DNA of 64,000 bases, from NCBI GenBank assembly GCA_963823555.1, contig CAWGMA010000001.1:2176001-2240000 (forward strand). The letters are read 5' to 3'. Source of the stretch: Candidatus Eiseniibacteriota bacterium (GTDB lineage: Bacteria; Eisenbacteria; RBG-16-71-46; CAVPCR01). Of this stretch, positions 1 through 8,739 are shown one piece after another; position 1 is the first letter of the stretch, and every line of letters begins with the position of its first letter. A model generated the notes under the pieces. That model did no database searches. It was not told the DNA's origin and saw only the letters and a program-made list of their open reading frames with translations. Position numbers and translations under genes: made by a program.

Positions 1-5
1 ATGAA

Positions 6-452
6 GTGATCGTCAGACGGCTCAAGCCGGAAGACCTGGAAGCGGTGATCCACCTCGACGCCAAGCTCACGGGCCGCCGGCGCACCGAGTACTTCAAGCT
101 CAAGCTGAATCAGAACCTGACCGCAACCGGCATCGTGGTGTCGCTGGCCGCCGAGATCGACCGCCTCTTCGTCGGGTTCCTTCTCGCCCGCGTCTACTAC
201 GGCGAGTTCGGCATGATCGAACCGGCGGCGGTTCTCGACACCTTCGGCGTGCACCCCGACTTCCGCCGCCGCGGCGTCGGGGCGGCCCTCTTGGGCCAGC
301 TCTCGACCGATCTCCGCGGGCTCGGCGTGCCGCGCCTGCAGACCGAGGTCAGCTGGAGCGACCCCGAGCTCCTGACCTTCTTCCAGCACCAGGGATTCCG
401 CCCGGCCGAGCGCTTCTGCCTCGATCTCGATCTCACGACTCCGCGGGAGTGA
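6..452 (+). CDS. GNAT family N-acetyltransferase (possibly 5'-truncated by the window edge)
   Basis: Acetyl-CoA-binding motif A 'GVHPDFRRRGVGAALL' and C-terminal 'FFQHQGF'; the frame is open to the window start. Confidence 0.85.
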   Translation: MIVRRLKPEDLEAVIHLDAKLTGRRRTEYFKLKLNQNLTATGIVVSLAAEIDRLFVGFLLARVYYGEFGMIEPAAVLDTFGVHPDFRRRGVGAALLGQLSTDLRGLGVPRLQTEVSWSDPELLTFFQHQGFRPAERFCLDLDLTTPRE

Positions 453-674
453 CGATCCGCCCAGCACACGGCGCCCGCTGACAGGCGTCGGCACGGTGAG
501 GTCACGCCTGCGGTCCGACTGCCATCGTGACAGCCCCCATCGGACCGACAGACGCCACTGTGACAGGACAGCATCCCGGCTCCCATCAGGCCGACAGCCG
601 TTGCCGATTTTCAAGTCCTTGTCCGGGAACCGGTAAGCGACATTTCACAGGGAAGCGCAAATTCCTTGATCAGC

Positions 675-690
675 CGGTATGCCGAGTGCA
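675..690 (+). promoter_or_regulatory. Putative sigma-54 (-24/-12) promoter
   Basis: cGGtatgccgagtGCa = GG(676-677)-N10-GC(688-689), about 140 bp upstream of the cytochrome start. Confidence 0.45.
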
Positions 691-828
691 TGCTGCGAAG
701 GTTGGTCCGGTGGAAAACCGGGACCGACCCGGCCCACCGCCAACGAGGAGCGTCCGCACGTCAGAGGCTCCGCCTCTCTCGGAGAGGCGATGTCGAGGGA
801 TGTCCCGGGTGGAGGAGGACTGAGTGCG

Positions 829-1881
829 ATGTTGTGGACGAAACGACTGATCTGGCTTGCCGTGATCTTGTTCCTGCCCCTCGGTTTCTTCGGCTGCGAC
901 GATGATGAGAGCCCGCAGCCCGTGCCGCCGACCGTCGAGGAGCTTCTCACCGCCTCCCTGCACAACACGACTCGCGGCATGGAGTACTTCTACGAGACGG
1001 AGCAGGGCGGGTTCGAGGCCCTGACCGGGGTTTCCTACGACGCCCTGAGCTGCAAGAACTGCCACGTGACACCCGCCACCTGCAGCCAGTGCCACACCGA
1101 TGACACACCCACGGCCGGAGCCGAGGTGGAGGACTCGAAGTGCCTCGTCTGCCATGGCCGACAGGGCGCCGAGTCGAACCAGGGCTTCTCGGACGTGCAT
1201 CGCACGGCGGGCATGGGGTGCGGCGATTGCCACAGCGCCGATGACGTGCATGGAGACGGCGCGACGCACAACTCGATGCTCGAGCCGGGGGTGATCCTCG
1301 CCAAGTGCACGAACTGCCACGGCACGGACAGCTCGCCCCTGCCCGAGAACCTATACCACTCGACCCACGGGGCAAACATGGAGTGCTCCGCCTGCCACGT
1401 GCAGAGCATCGTCACCTGCTACAACTGCCACTTCGAGACCGAGGTCAACGAGCAGCGGAAGGTCGCTTACGGGCAATTCAAGAACTGGAAGTTCCTCTTG
1501 AAGCGCAAGGATACCGGCAAGATCGATGTCGGCAACTTCATGACCCTGACCTACGAGGGGAAGGCCCAGCTCGTCTTCGCGCCCTTCTACGCCCACACGG
1601 TGTCCTCGAACGCCATCTCTTCCTGCGGCGACTGTCACAACAACGCGTTCGTGCAGGAGTACACGAATACGGGCGAGATCCAGGTCGTCACCTGGAATGG
1701 CACGGCGCTCGAGCACCCGGAGGGCATCATCCCGGTGCCTCCCGACTGGGAGACCGCCCTCCAGTTCGATTACGTGACGATCACCGCGCCCGGAACGCCG
1801 CCGACCTGGGGGTCCATCACGCCGACCGAGGTCGGGAAACAGATGCTGTTCGCCGAACCGCTCGACGGCATGCCGCAGTAG
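829..1881 (+). CDS. Octaheme c-type cytochrome lipoprotein
   Basis: RBS GGAGGAGG at 811-818 and ATG 829. Signal peptide with lipobox FFG-C. Eight CxxCH motifs (CKNCH, CSQCH, CLVCH, CGDCH, CTNCH, CSACH, CYNCH, CGDCH). Confidence 0.9.
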   Translation: MLWTKRLIWLAVILFLPLGFFGCDDDESPQPVPPTVEELLTASLHNTTRGMEYFYETEQGGFEALTGVSYDALSCKNCHVTPATCSQCHTDDTPTAGAEVEDSKCLVCHGRQGAESNQGFSDVHRTAGMGCGDCHSADDVHGDGATHNSMLEPGVILAKCTNCHGTDSSPLPENLYHSTHGANMECSACHVQSIVTCYNCHFETEVNEQRKVAYGQFKNWKFLLKRKDTGKIDVGNFMTLTYEGKAQLVFAPFYAHTVSSNAISSCGDCHNNAFVQEYTNTGEIQVVTWNGTALEHPEGIIPVPPDWETALQFDYVTITAPGTPPTWGSITPTEVGKQMLFAEPLDGMPQ

Positions 1882-1911
1882 GGAGCGGTTTCGTCCACAG
1901 GCACGGTCATC

Positions 1912-1939
1912 GGGCCGCCCGGCGGGAGCCGGGCGGCCC
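1912..1939. terminator. Hairpin between convergent genes
   Basis: gggccgcccggc-ggga-gccgggcggccc, a 12-bp perfect stem. Confidence 0.65.
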
Positions 1940-1967
1940 CGCTGCTTTGGGGCTGGCAGGACTGAGG

Positions 1968-2726
1968 TCACTCGCCGCGGTGGATGCCGAGCGGTCCCCA
2001 GGCCTGGCAGGTGGGCATCACTTCGAGGCTGTTGACATTGACGTGAGGGGGGAGATTCGTCACCCAGTAGACCATGTCTGCGATGTCCTCCGCTCGAAGC
2101 GGGGCCGTACCCTTGTAGACCGCTGCGGCGCGCTCGGCGTCGCCGTGAAAACGCACGATCGAGAACTCGGTCTCGGCAAGCCCGGGCTCCAGGTTGGTGA
2201 CCCTGACCGCCGTGCCGAGGAGGTCAGCGCGCAGGTTGCGCGAGAACTGGGCGACGAAGGCCTTGGTCGCGCCGTAGGCGTTGCCTCCCGGGTAGGGCCA
2301 GGCACCGGCGGTCGAACCGATGTTGACGACATGGCCGCGGTTCCGGGCTCGCATGCCGGGGAGGATGGCGCGCGTCACGTACATGAGGCCCTTGACGTTG
2401 GTGTCGACCATCGTCTCCCAGTCATCGAGCTCGGTCTGATCCGCCGGGGCCAGGCCGAGGGCGAGGCCGGCCGAGTTCACGAGCACATCGACCTCGCGGA
2501 ACCCGGCGGGCAGCCCTCCCAGCTGCTCGAAGACCGCCGCCCGATCGCGCACATCGAGCGGGAGCGGATGCACGGCGCTGGATGAACCCGCTTCGTCGGC
2601 CAGCGCGCGGAGCCGCTCCGCGCGGCGCCCGACCAGCACGAGCTTGTGACCGTGGCGTCCGAACAGACGAGCTGCCGCCGCCCCGAAACCGGATGAAGCT
2701 CCCGTGATCAGAACCGTTTGCGTCAT
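1968..2726 (-). CDS. ydfG: SDR, NADP-dependent 3-hydroxy acid dehydrogenase (YdfG-like)
   Basis: TGASSGFG, NSAGLALG, YGATK, 'NLEPGLAETEFSIVRFHGD', 'LPPHVNVNSLEVMP'; AGGAGG RBS upstream of ATG 2726. Confidence 0.88.
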   Translation of the reverse strand: MTQTVLITGASSGFGAAAARLFGRHGHKLVLVGRRAERLRALADEAGSSSAVHPLPLDVRDRAAVFEQLGGLPAGFREVDVLVNSAGLALGLAPADQTELDDWETMVDTNVKGLMYVTRAILPGMRARNRGHVVNIGSTAGAWPYPGGNAYGATKAFVAQFSRNLRADLLGTAVRVTNLEPGLAETEFSIVRFHGDAERAAAVYKGTAPLRAEDIADMVYWVTNLPPHVNVNSLEVMPTCQAWGPLGIHRGE

Positions 2727-2838
2727 GGGGCACACCTCCTCACATCATCGTCCGATGTTGAGACTCCGCTCGCGCCAAGGAGTAAACCGCGCGGGGAGGC
2801 CAGTCAAGTAGCGCCCCGCTCGACCTCGACCCCAGGGG

Positions 2839-2867
2839 TTGGCGCTCGAGTCCCCGTGGTCTATAAT
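2839..2867 (+). promoter_or_regulatory. Sigma-70 promoter
   Basis: TTGGCG(2839-2844)-17 bp-TATAAT(2862-2867) upstream of the gene at 3016. Confidence 0.7.
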
Positions 2868-3015
2868 GCGACCCATTCGCGCAGCCCATCGGCATCCCGG
2901 CCGGGGCCCGCGGTCACCACGGACGGTTCTGCCGCCCACCGCGCCCCTCGAACCGGTGCGCTCGCGCCCAACGCAACACGCAACCGGCTTCGCCCAGAAG
3001 CCAGGAGGTATCCCC

Positions 3016-3844
3016 ATGCGACTCTGGCTTGCGTTGATCGTCGCCCTCTGTCTGACCCCGGCTCTGGCTCTCGCCGAGCTCGATGACGCCGGAAACATCA
3101 TCTACGACCCCGGCCAGAATCCGGTCGAGCCTGGGGACGCCCCGGGGGATCCCTGCGGTCAGTGCCAGACTCCGGGCACCGGTCAGAAGGGCGTCACCTT
3201 CAAGGGCGGCGACCTCTGGACCATCGACAGCGCCGGTCTCCTCTCCCACTACGTCAACTGCGTGATCGTCGAGCAGCAGGGCACGCAGACCGGGGCCTCG
3301 ACCTTCGGTCTCGGCTACGACTCGAACCGGAACCTGTGGGTGATCACGAGCCCGTCGCACCGATCGCGTCTACCAGGTCGATATGGGAGGGGGGCTCGTC
3401 AACTCCTGGCCCACGCCGGGATCGGGACCGGTGGGCGCCGCCTACGACCCGAGCCGTGATCTCTACTGGATCACGGACTTCAGCACCTCCCAGATCTACT
3501 CCATCAACCCGAACACCGGGCTTCCCGGTCCGGCCATCAATGTTCCTGCCGGCTCGCGCCTTGCCGGCACCGGCTACAACGCCGGTGGGGACATCCTCTT
3601 CTATCACGGGCGCAACGAGGCCATGAGCTACTGCATCTCGGCCTCGAACGGGCAGCTCCTGTTCTCCTTCCCCATTCCCGCTGGCGGGGGAAACAACGGG
3701 CAGGGAGCGGGCTGCGCGCCCGGCACCGGCAACGGCTGGCTCACCCACTACGAGCAGCCGTTCGTCTACTGCGTCGAGAGCTGCGGCGGCGCGACCCCGG
3801 TCGAGGCCTCGACCTGGGGCACGATCAAGTCGCTCTACGACTGA
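3016..3844 (+). pseudogene. Secreted beta-propeller-like protein with C-terminal TWGxIK tail; +1 frameshift near 3346-3359 (real lesion or assembly indel)
   Basis: AGGAGG RBS and signal peptide MRLWLALIVALCLTPALALA. Removing 1 nt joins the two ORFs into about 275 aa and restores repeat alignment (GYDSNRNLWVITSPSTDRVY vs AYDPSRDLYWITDFSTSQIY). Ends ATPVEASTWGTIKSLYD. Confidence 0.75.
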
Positions 3845-3867
3845 GGGGACTGACGGGGAGAGCACGG

Positions 3868-3895
3868 CGGGCCGGGCTCGGACGAGCCCGGCCCG
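3868..3895. terminator. Intrinsic terminator hairpin
   Basis: cgggccgggctcg-ga-cgagcccggcccg inverted repeat followed by ttcctctt, between convergent genes. Confidence 0.7.
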
Positions 3896-3932
3896 TTCCT
3901 CTTGCTCCCGATCTGTCGCCGTGATCGAGCAG

Positions 3933-5003
3933 CTACGCCGCCTTCCGCTCCGGGCCGGCCTCCATCGCGCCGCCCAGGCGCTCAGGCGGAACCACCAGTC
4001 CATCCGGAGGGATCGACGCCGCACGCAGCGCCGACTCGATCTCGCCGGCATGTCGCGTGAACGCCTCGACCATCGCCGGGTCGAGCTGGGTGCCGGCCGC
4101 CGCGGCGAGCACGGCCAGGGCCGCCTCCAGCCCACGATCGCCGCGGTGGCTCCGCCGGCTCACGACGGCATCGAAGGTATCGGCGACGGCGATGATGCGC
4201 GCGACGAGAGGGATCGCGTCGCCAGCGATCCGATCCGGATAGCCGGCGCCGTCGAAGCGCTCGTGATGATGGCGCACGCCGCGGCGGGCGCCAGCCAGCC
4301 AGCGGATCGGCCCCAGCATCTCGTCCCCGCGCACCGGGTGCTCCTGCATCACGAGATGCTCCGCGGCAGTCAGCTTGCCGGGCTTCTTCAAGATACGGTC
4401 GGGAACCCCGATCTTCCCGATGTCGTGCAGGAGCGACGCCCAGTAGAGGTCGCGGCGGGTCATGGCGTCGAGCCCGAGCGCCTGCCCGAGCTGGATGGAA
4501 GCGAGATGGACTCGCTCGGAATGGCCGCGCGTGAACGGGTCCCTGGCATCGACGGCGGCGATCAAGCTACGCATGGTGGCATCGAGGATCCCGCCCGATT
4601 GCTCGGGCGCCGGCTCCACCATGTCCCCCGCGGCCGCAGCCAGGGCCAGCAGGCGCTCGAGCAGAGCGTGGAAGCCGGCGATGCGCCGCGCGGGAGCAAT
4701 GGCGAGAAAACGTCCCTGTGCGACCACGCGCAGCACCTGTCCATGCGGGCAGAGATGCGATTCGTCGCGCGCCAGTGCGGGCCGCGTCTCGGCGTGACAG
4801 CGCACGTGGACGGCAGGTGTCTCGCCGCGACAGCGCTGGCAGGCGGGAGCCACCGCCATGCTCAAGCTGCCCTCACGGGCGACATGCCGCTCGATCCCGG
4901 CTCCGGCGCACTCCGCGGCCTGGCGGAGAAGGTCACCGAGGGGATCGAGGGCTGGTGAAGAGGATGGGCCCGGGACCAGGGCCAGGGGGACTCTCGCCGA
5001 CAT
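3933..5003 (-). CDS. HD-GYP domain cyclic-dinucleotide phosphodiesterase with Cys/His-rich N-terminus
   Basis: 'TRGHSERV', 'LLHDIGKIG', 'HHHERFDGAGYP', 'IIAVADTFDA', 'GTQLDP'; AAGGAGG RBS. Confidence 0.9.
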   Translation of the reverse strand: MSARVPLALVPGPSSSPALDPLGDLLRQAAECAGAGIERHVAREGSLSMAVAPACQRCRGETPAVHVRCHAETRPALARDESHLCPHGQVLRVVAQGRFLAIAPARRIAGFHALLERLLALAAAAGDMVEPAPEQSGGILDATMRSLIAAVDARDPFTRGHSERVHLASIQLGQALGLDAMTRRDLYWASLLHDIGKIGVPDRILKKPGKLTAAEHLVMQEHPVRGDEMLGPIRWLAGARRGVRHHHERFDGAGYPDRIAGDAIPLVARIIAVADTFDAVVSRRSHRGDRGLEAALAVLAAAAGTQLDPAMVEAFTRHAGEIESALRAASIPPDGLVVPPERLGGAMEAGPERKAA

Positions 5004-5063
5004 GGACCTCCTTCAGACCGACCGGGCTCGAGATCGCATCGAGCCCGACCGGGCCGTGCAGAG

Positions 5064-5080
5064 TGCAACCCGGTCTTGCA
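5064..5080. promoter_or_regulatory. Palindromic operator, possible enhancer-binding-protein site
   Basis: TGCAA-cccggtc-TTGCA (TGCA-N9-TGCA, NtrC-box geometry), about 190 bp upstream of a sigma-54 motif. Confidence 0.4.
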
Positions 5081-5269
5081 AGCCGCCCGCGGTCGGACCG
5101 CCGCAAACGGGATAGCCACGGCCTGCTGCCAGAATGGACCGGGGGTATGCACAGCCTGTGCCGTCGGGTCGGGGTACGGGATCGGAGCGCAGACCTCCCC
5201 TGTGGCCGCGGGCACCGACCGCGCCGCCGGCGCCCGGGTCCAGGCCGATCCGGCCGCCATGGCCCGTTC

Positions 5270-5285
5270 CGGCATGCGGTTTGCT
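5270..5285 (+). promoter_or_regulatory. Sigma-54 (-24/-12) promoter
   Basis: cGGCAtGcggtTTGCt, close to consensus TGGCACG-N4-TTGC, directly upstream of the HAMP/pilin genes. Confidence 0.65.
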
Positions 5286-5299
5286 TCGCTTGCCGCGAG

Positions 5300-5968
5300 A
5301 TGGATACCTCACCGAACCGGCGCCGCCCTCGCGCCTTCTTGCAGAACCGCCGGGCACAGGTCCTGCAGGCCTTCCTGATTGTCACCTATCTGGTCGTCTA
5401 CACCGCGGCGCTGTCGGCGGCGGCCATCGGCCCCACGGTCCTCGCGCTCCTGCGTCACCCGGCCAGCTTCGAGACGGCGCCTCACCGCGCGGTCGCCGCC
5501 GCCAACGAGCTCTTCTTCTTCGAGGAACGATTCTGGCCGATCGCCGTCGTCCTCATCGTGGTCTTCGGGCTGCACTCGATCTACATGTCGCACCGCGTCT
5601 ATGGTCCCCTCGTTCGCGTGCGAGCGGAGGCGGACCTGGTCGCCACCGGGGATCTGACGCGGCGCGTCGTATTCCGCCGCGGTGACCAGCTGAGCGACCT
5701 GCAGGACTCCATGAACGATATGATCGAAGCGATGGACTCCCGGGTTGCCGCGGCTCAGATCGCGGCCCGCGATTGCGAGGGCGGCCTGCGGCGACTTCAC
5801 GAAGCCCAGTTCACGGGGAGCCCCGCCGGCCGCCTCGCCGCTCATGAGCAGATGGTTGCCGAGTTCGAAGCGCTGAAGCGCCGGCTCGACGATTTCAAGA
5901 CCAGCGCCAACCCGGCCGGCGCTCGTGCAGAAGAGGGCGAGCCGCCCCAGGTGGCCATCGCCTCCTGA
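5300..5968 (+). CDS. Two-TM membrane protein with HAMP domain and short coiled coil
   Basis: Basic N-terminus, two hydrophobic segments, HAMP 'SHRVYGPLVRV...GDLTRRVVFRRGDQLSDLQDSMNDM'; no output domain. Start is uncertain (no RBS). Confidence 0.7.
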   Translation: MDTSPNRRRPRAFLQNRRAQVLQAFLIVTYLVVYTAALSAAAIGPTVLALLRHPASFETAPHRAVAAANELFFFEERFWPIAVVLIVVFGLHSIYMSHRVYGPLVRVRAEADLVATGDLTRRVVFRRGDQLSDLQDSMNDMIEAMDSRVAAAQIAARDCEGGLRRLHEAQFTGSPAGRLAAHEQMVAEFEALKRRLDDFKTSANPAGARAEEGEPPQVAIAS

Positions 5969-5985
5969 GGGGGCGAGACAGGCGC

Positions 5986-6384
5986 ATGCACCACTCTCAC
6001 GCGGCCAAGACTCGTGCCGGGGTAGGCTTCGTCGAGCTGTCGATCGTGCTCGTGATCGTCGGCCTGCTCACCCTGGGCGGCATGGCGAAGGTGCGTGAGG
6101 CCAAGAAGAGCGCCTACCGCATTCGCGCCACCATTGCGCTCGAAGACGTGCATCGCATGGAAGTGCTGCATGCCGCGGTGCACAGCGGTTACACGGCTGA
6201 TTTCGCCGCGCTTCATTCCCTTGGACTGGCCAGCGAACTCGATCCGGTCTATCGATTCAGTCTCGTTTCACCGGATGCCAGTCAATTCACCTGCACGGCG
6301 GCCGCCAACCTCGATCGCGATGCGGCGATCGATTCCTTGATCGTGGACGAGAGCGGCGTTGTGGCGACGGTGGTCAAGGACTGA
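5986..6384 (+). CDS. Type IV pilin-like protein
   Basis: Class III signal-like G|VGFVE with Glu+5 and hydrophobic helix (LSIVLVIVGLL); pilin-like C-terminus 'FTCTAAANLDRDAAID'. Confidence 0.7.
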   Translation: MHHSHAAKTRAGVGFVELSIVLVIVGLLTLGGMAKVREAKKSAYRIRATIALEDVHRMEVLHAAVHSGYTADFAALHSLGLASELDPVYRFSLVSPDASQFTCTAAANLDRDAAIDSLIVDESGVVATVVKD

Positions 6385-6424
6385 AGCGCCTCCCCGCCGC
6401 TCCCGCGTGCAGTCACCGGAGCCG

Positions 6425-7195
6425 TCAATCGCTGAAGTTCGACTTGATGGCTCCCCACGTCGACGCTTCCACGGCGGCCGTCCCCTCCCCGGCGAGATCG
6501 CAGCCGTCCGGTGACCCATAGAGTCGCCCGTTGACCACAGCAGAGCACAGGCTCCAGACCTGGGTTCCGGTGAAGGTGGAAACGGTCCGGCGCACCAGGC
6601 CCAGTCCCGGGACCAGCGTCTCGGACAGCACCTGCGAATCAGCGCAGGGATGATCGTAGTAGTTCAACGTCACCGACCACGGATAGCTGCCCGCGGGCAC
6701 GGTGATGGGCATGGCGGCAGCGGTCACACAGCCCCGAACCCCGTGGACGCAATCCGCAGCCATCGCCGGAATCTCGAACTCGGCGCCAAGATTCTCGAGG
6801 AAACCCTCCTGACAGCAATACCATGCACCCGAGATCGGCTCGACCGGTCCCAGCTTCTGATGGGCATTGACGAGGCGAGGATTCACTTCGCAGGTCTTGC
6901 CGCAGCAGTCGGTGAAGAAGAACATCTCTGCGCCGTTCATCGGAAACATGTAGTTCTCGATTCGGCTCAGGCTGATCCCGCGATCCAGGAATGCCCCCGT
7001 GACGCGAACGGTCTGCGGCGTCCGGAAGCCTGGGTGCGGCGTCTCACAGACGTAGGTCCACTGGTTCCCATCCGTGAGCGGCATCATGCACGTGTGGGTG
7101 TCGTGCGCCCATGCCGCGGCGGAGACAAGAAGTGCCAGAAGGCAAACGGAGGCTGCGGTGATCGCAGCCGATGAATGATGCGCGGCCCTGCTCAT
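6425..7195 (-). CDS. Secreted Cys-rich beta-sheet protein with C-terminal TWGxIK tail
   Basis: Signal peptide ending AWA; motifs 'MPLTDGNQWTY', 'ITVPAGSY', 'PGLGLVR'; ends TAAVEASTWGAIKSNFSD. Confidence 0.75.
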   Translation of the reverse strand: MSRAAHHSSAAITAASVCLLALLVSAAAWAHDTHTCMMPLTDGNQWTYVCETPHPGFRTPQTVRVTGAFLDRGISLSRIENYMFPMNGAEMFFFTDCCGKTCEVNPRLVNAHQKLGPVEPISGAWYCCQEGFLENLGAEFEIPAMAADCVHGVRGCVTAAAMPITVPAGSYPWSVTLNYYDHPCADSQVLSETLVPGLGLVRRTVSTFTGTQVWSLCSAVVNGRLYGSPDGCDLAGEGTAAVEASTWGAIKSNFSD

Positions 7196-7548
7196 GATCG
7201 AACCCCCCGGGCTCTCCCTCGAGATGCGGCATCCGCCGGGTACGAGGGGAACCGATTGTCGCGCGGCTCCGTCGCGCGCGCCCGGCCGCCGGACAGGGGA
7301 ACGCAACCGCTCGGCCCCTCTCCGTTCCGGCGACTGCCCCGACTCCTGCTGTGCTGCGGCGGAGAAGACGCAGCCTTCTACCCCTAACAACGCAGCGGCG
7401 ACCGCCGGGGAACAGGCTTCCGCGGACCCTGCGGGCCGGCGGGGGGCCCTCGCCAGGCGCGCCCTGGTGGCGTAGACTCCGGGTCGTCCCTCGCCCGACC
7501 CCGAACGATTTCCAGGCGCCGCATTGGAACTAGGAGGGATTCACCGCC

Positions 7549-8739
7549 ATGGCATGCTCGCCTGTTCCGTTCCACCCGCCCGCGCGCCTGCTCATGGGCC
7601 CCGGGCCCTCGAATCTCCACCCCCGGGTGGTTGAAGCCCTGGCCTCCCCCCTCCTCGGCCACATGGACCCGCTCGTCCTCGGCCTTCTTGCCGAGGTGCA
7701 GGAACTGCTGCGAGGTGTTTTCGGCACGCGGAATCCACTCACGCTCGCGGTGTCGGGCACCGGATCGGCTGGCATCGAGGCTTGCCTCACGGGGCTCATC
7801 GAACCGGGCGACCCGGTCGTCGTCGAGGTCCACGGCTTCTTCGGCGGACGGCTGGCCGACATGGCGGCCCGGGCCGGCGCTGACGTGACGCGGGTGGAGG
7901 CACCATGGGGCCGCGCCGCCGATCTCGAAGCGCTCCGCCTGGCCGTCAAGAAATCGCCGCCCAGACTCATCGCGGTCGTCCACGCCGAGACCTCGACCGG
8001 CGTGCTTCAGCCCCTGGCCGACGTGGCGGCGATCGCCCGGGAGGCTGGCTCCGCTCTCTTCGTCGACTGCGTCACCTCGCTTGGCGGCATGCCCATCGAG
8101 GCCGAGGAGCTCGGCCTCGCCGCCGCCGCCTCTTGCTCGCAGAAGTGCCTGGGCGCACCGCCAGGGCTCGCCCCCATCACGATGAGCCCCGAAGCCGCCG
8201 CTCGTCTTCGCGACCGCGCGCAACCGCTTCCGTTCTACCTCGATCTGTCGCTCATTGCCCGCTACTGGAACGGCGATCACGCCTACCACCACACGCTCCC
8301 GGTCAACCTGATCTACGCGCTCCACGAGGCGCTGCTCCTGGCCGCAGAGGAGGGCGAGAGCGAGCGCCGCCGCCGTCACGAACGGCACGGCGCCGCGCTG
8401 GCTGCCGGGCTCGAGGATCTCGGTCTCACCATCCTCGCCGCCCCCGGCGACCGCCTGCCGATGCTCACCGCGGTCCGCATACCGGATGGGGTCGATGACG
8501 CGGCCGTGCGGCGCCGGCTGCTCGAGGACTTCAACCTCGAGATCGGAGGCGGGCTCGGAGAGCTCAAGGGCCGGGTCTGGCGTATCGGACTCATGGGCGA
8601 GACCAGCCGCATGAATCACGTGATCCTGCTGCTGGCGGCACTCGGACGCCTGCTCGGGCGCAGCCCGGAGAAGGTCGGGCAGGCCATCGACGCCGCCGGC
8701 GCCCGGGCCGAGGCTACGACCACCAGCGGAGCGCGATGA
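7549..8739 (+). CDS. Alanine-glyoxylate/serine-pyruvate aminotransferase (PLP class V)
   Basis: 'LLMGPGPS', 'HAETSTGV', 'DCVTSLGG', 'SQKCLGAPPGL', 'YHHT', 'WRIGLMG'; AGGAGG RBS. Confidence 0.92.
   Translation: MACSPVPFHPPARLLMGPGPSNLHPRVVEALASPLLGHMDPLVLGLLAEVQELLRGVFGTRNPLTLAVSGTGSAGIEACLTGLIEPGDPVVVEVHGFFGGRLADMAARAGADVTRVEAPWGRAADLEALRLAVKKSPPRLIAVVHAETSTGVLQPLADVAAIAREAGSALFVDCVTSLGGMPIEAEELGLAAAASCSQKCLGAPPGLAPITMSPEAAARLRDRAQPLPFYLDLSLIARYWNGDHAYHHTLPVNLIYALHEALLLAAEEGESERRRRHERHGAALAAGLEDLGLTILAAPGDRLPMLTAVRIPDGVDDAAVRRRLLEDFNLEIGGGLGELKGRVWRIGLMGETSRMNHVILLLAALGRLLGRSPEKVGQAIDAAGARAEATTTSGAR

Noticed and set aside
5004..5299. c-di-GMP riboswitch near the HD-GYP gene
   Set aside because: No GEMM-type GNRA/receptor two-hairpin consensus could be matched; an Infernal search would settle it.
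4718..5299. N-terminal extension of the HAMP ORF (416 aa as tracked)
   Set aside because: It overlaps the opposite-strand HD-GYP gene and the promoter region; low-complexity Arg/Pro translation.
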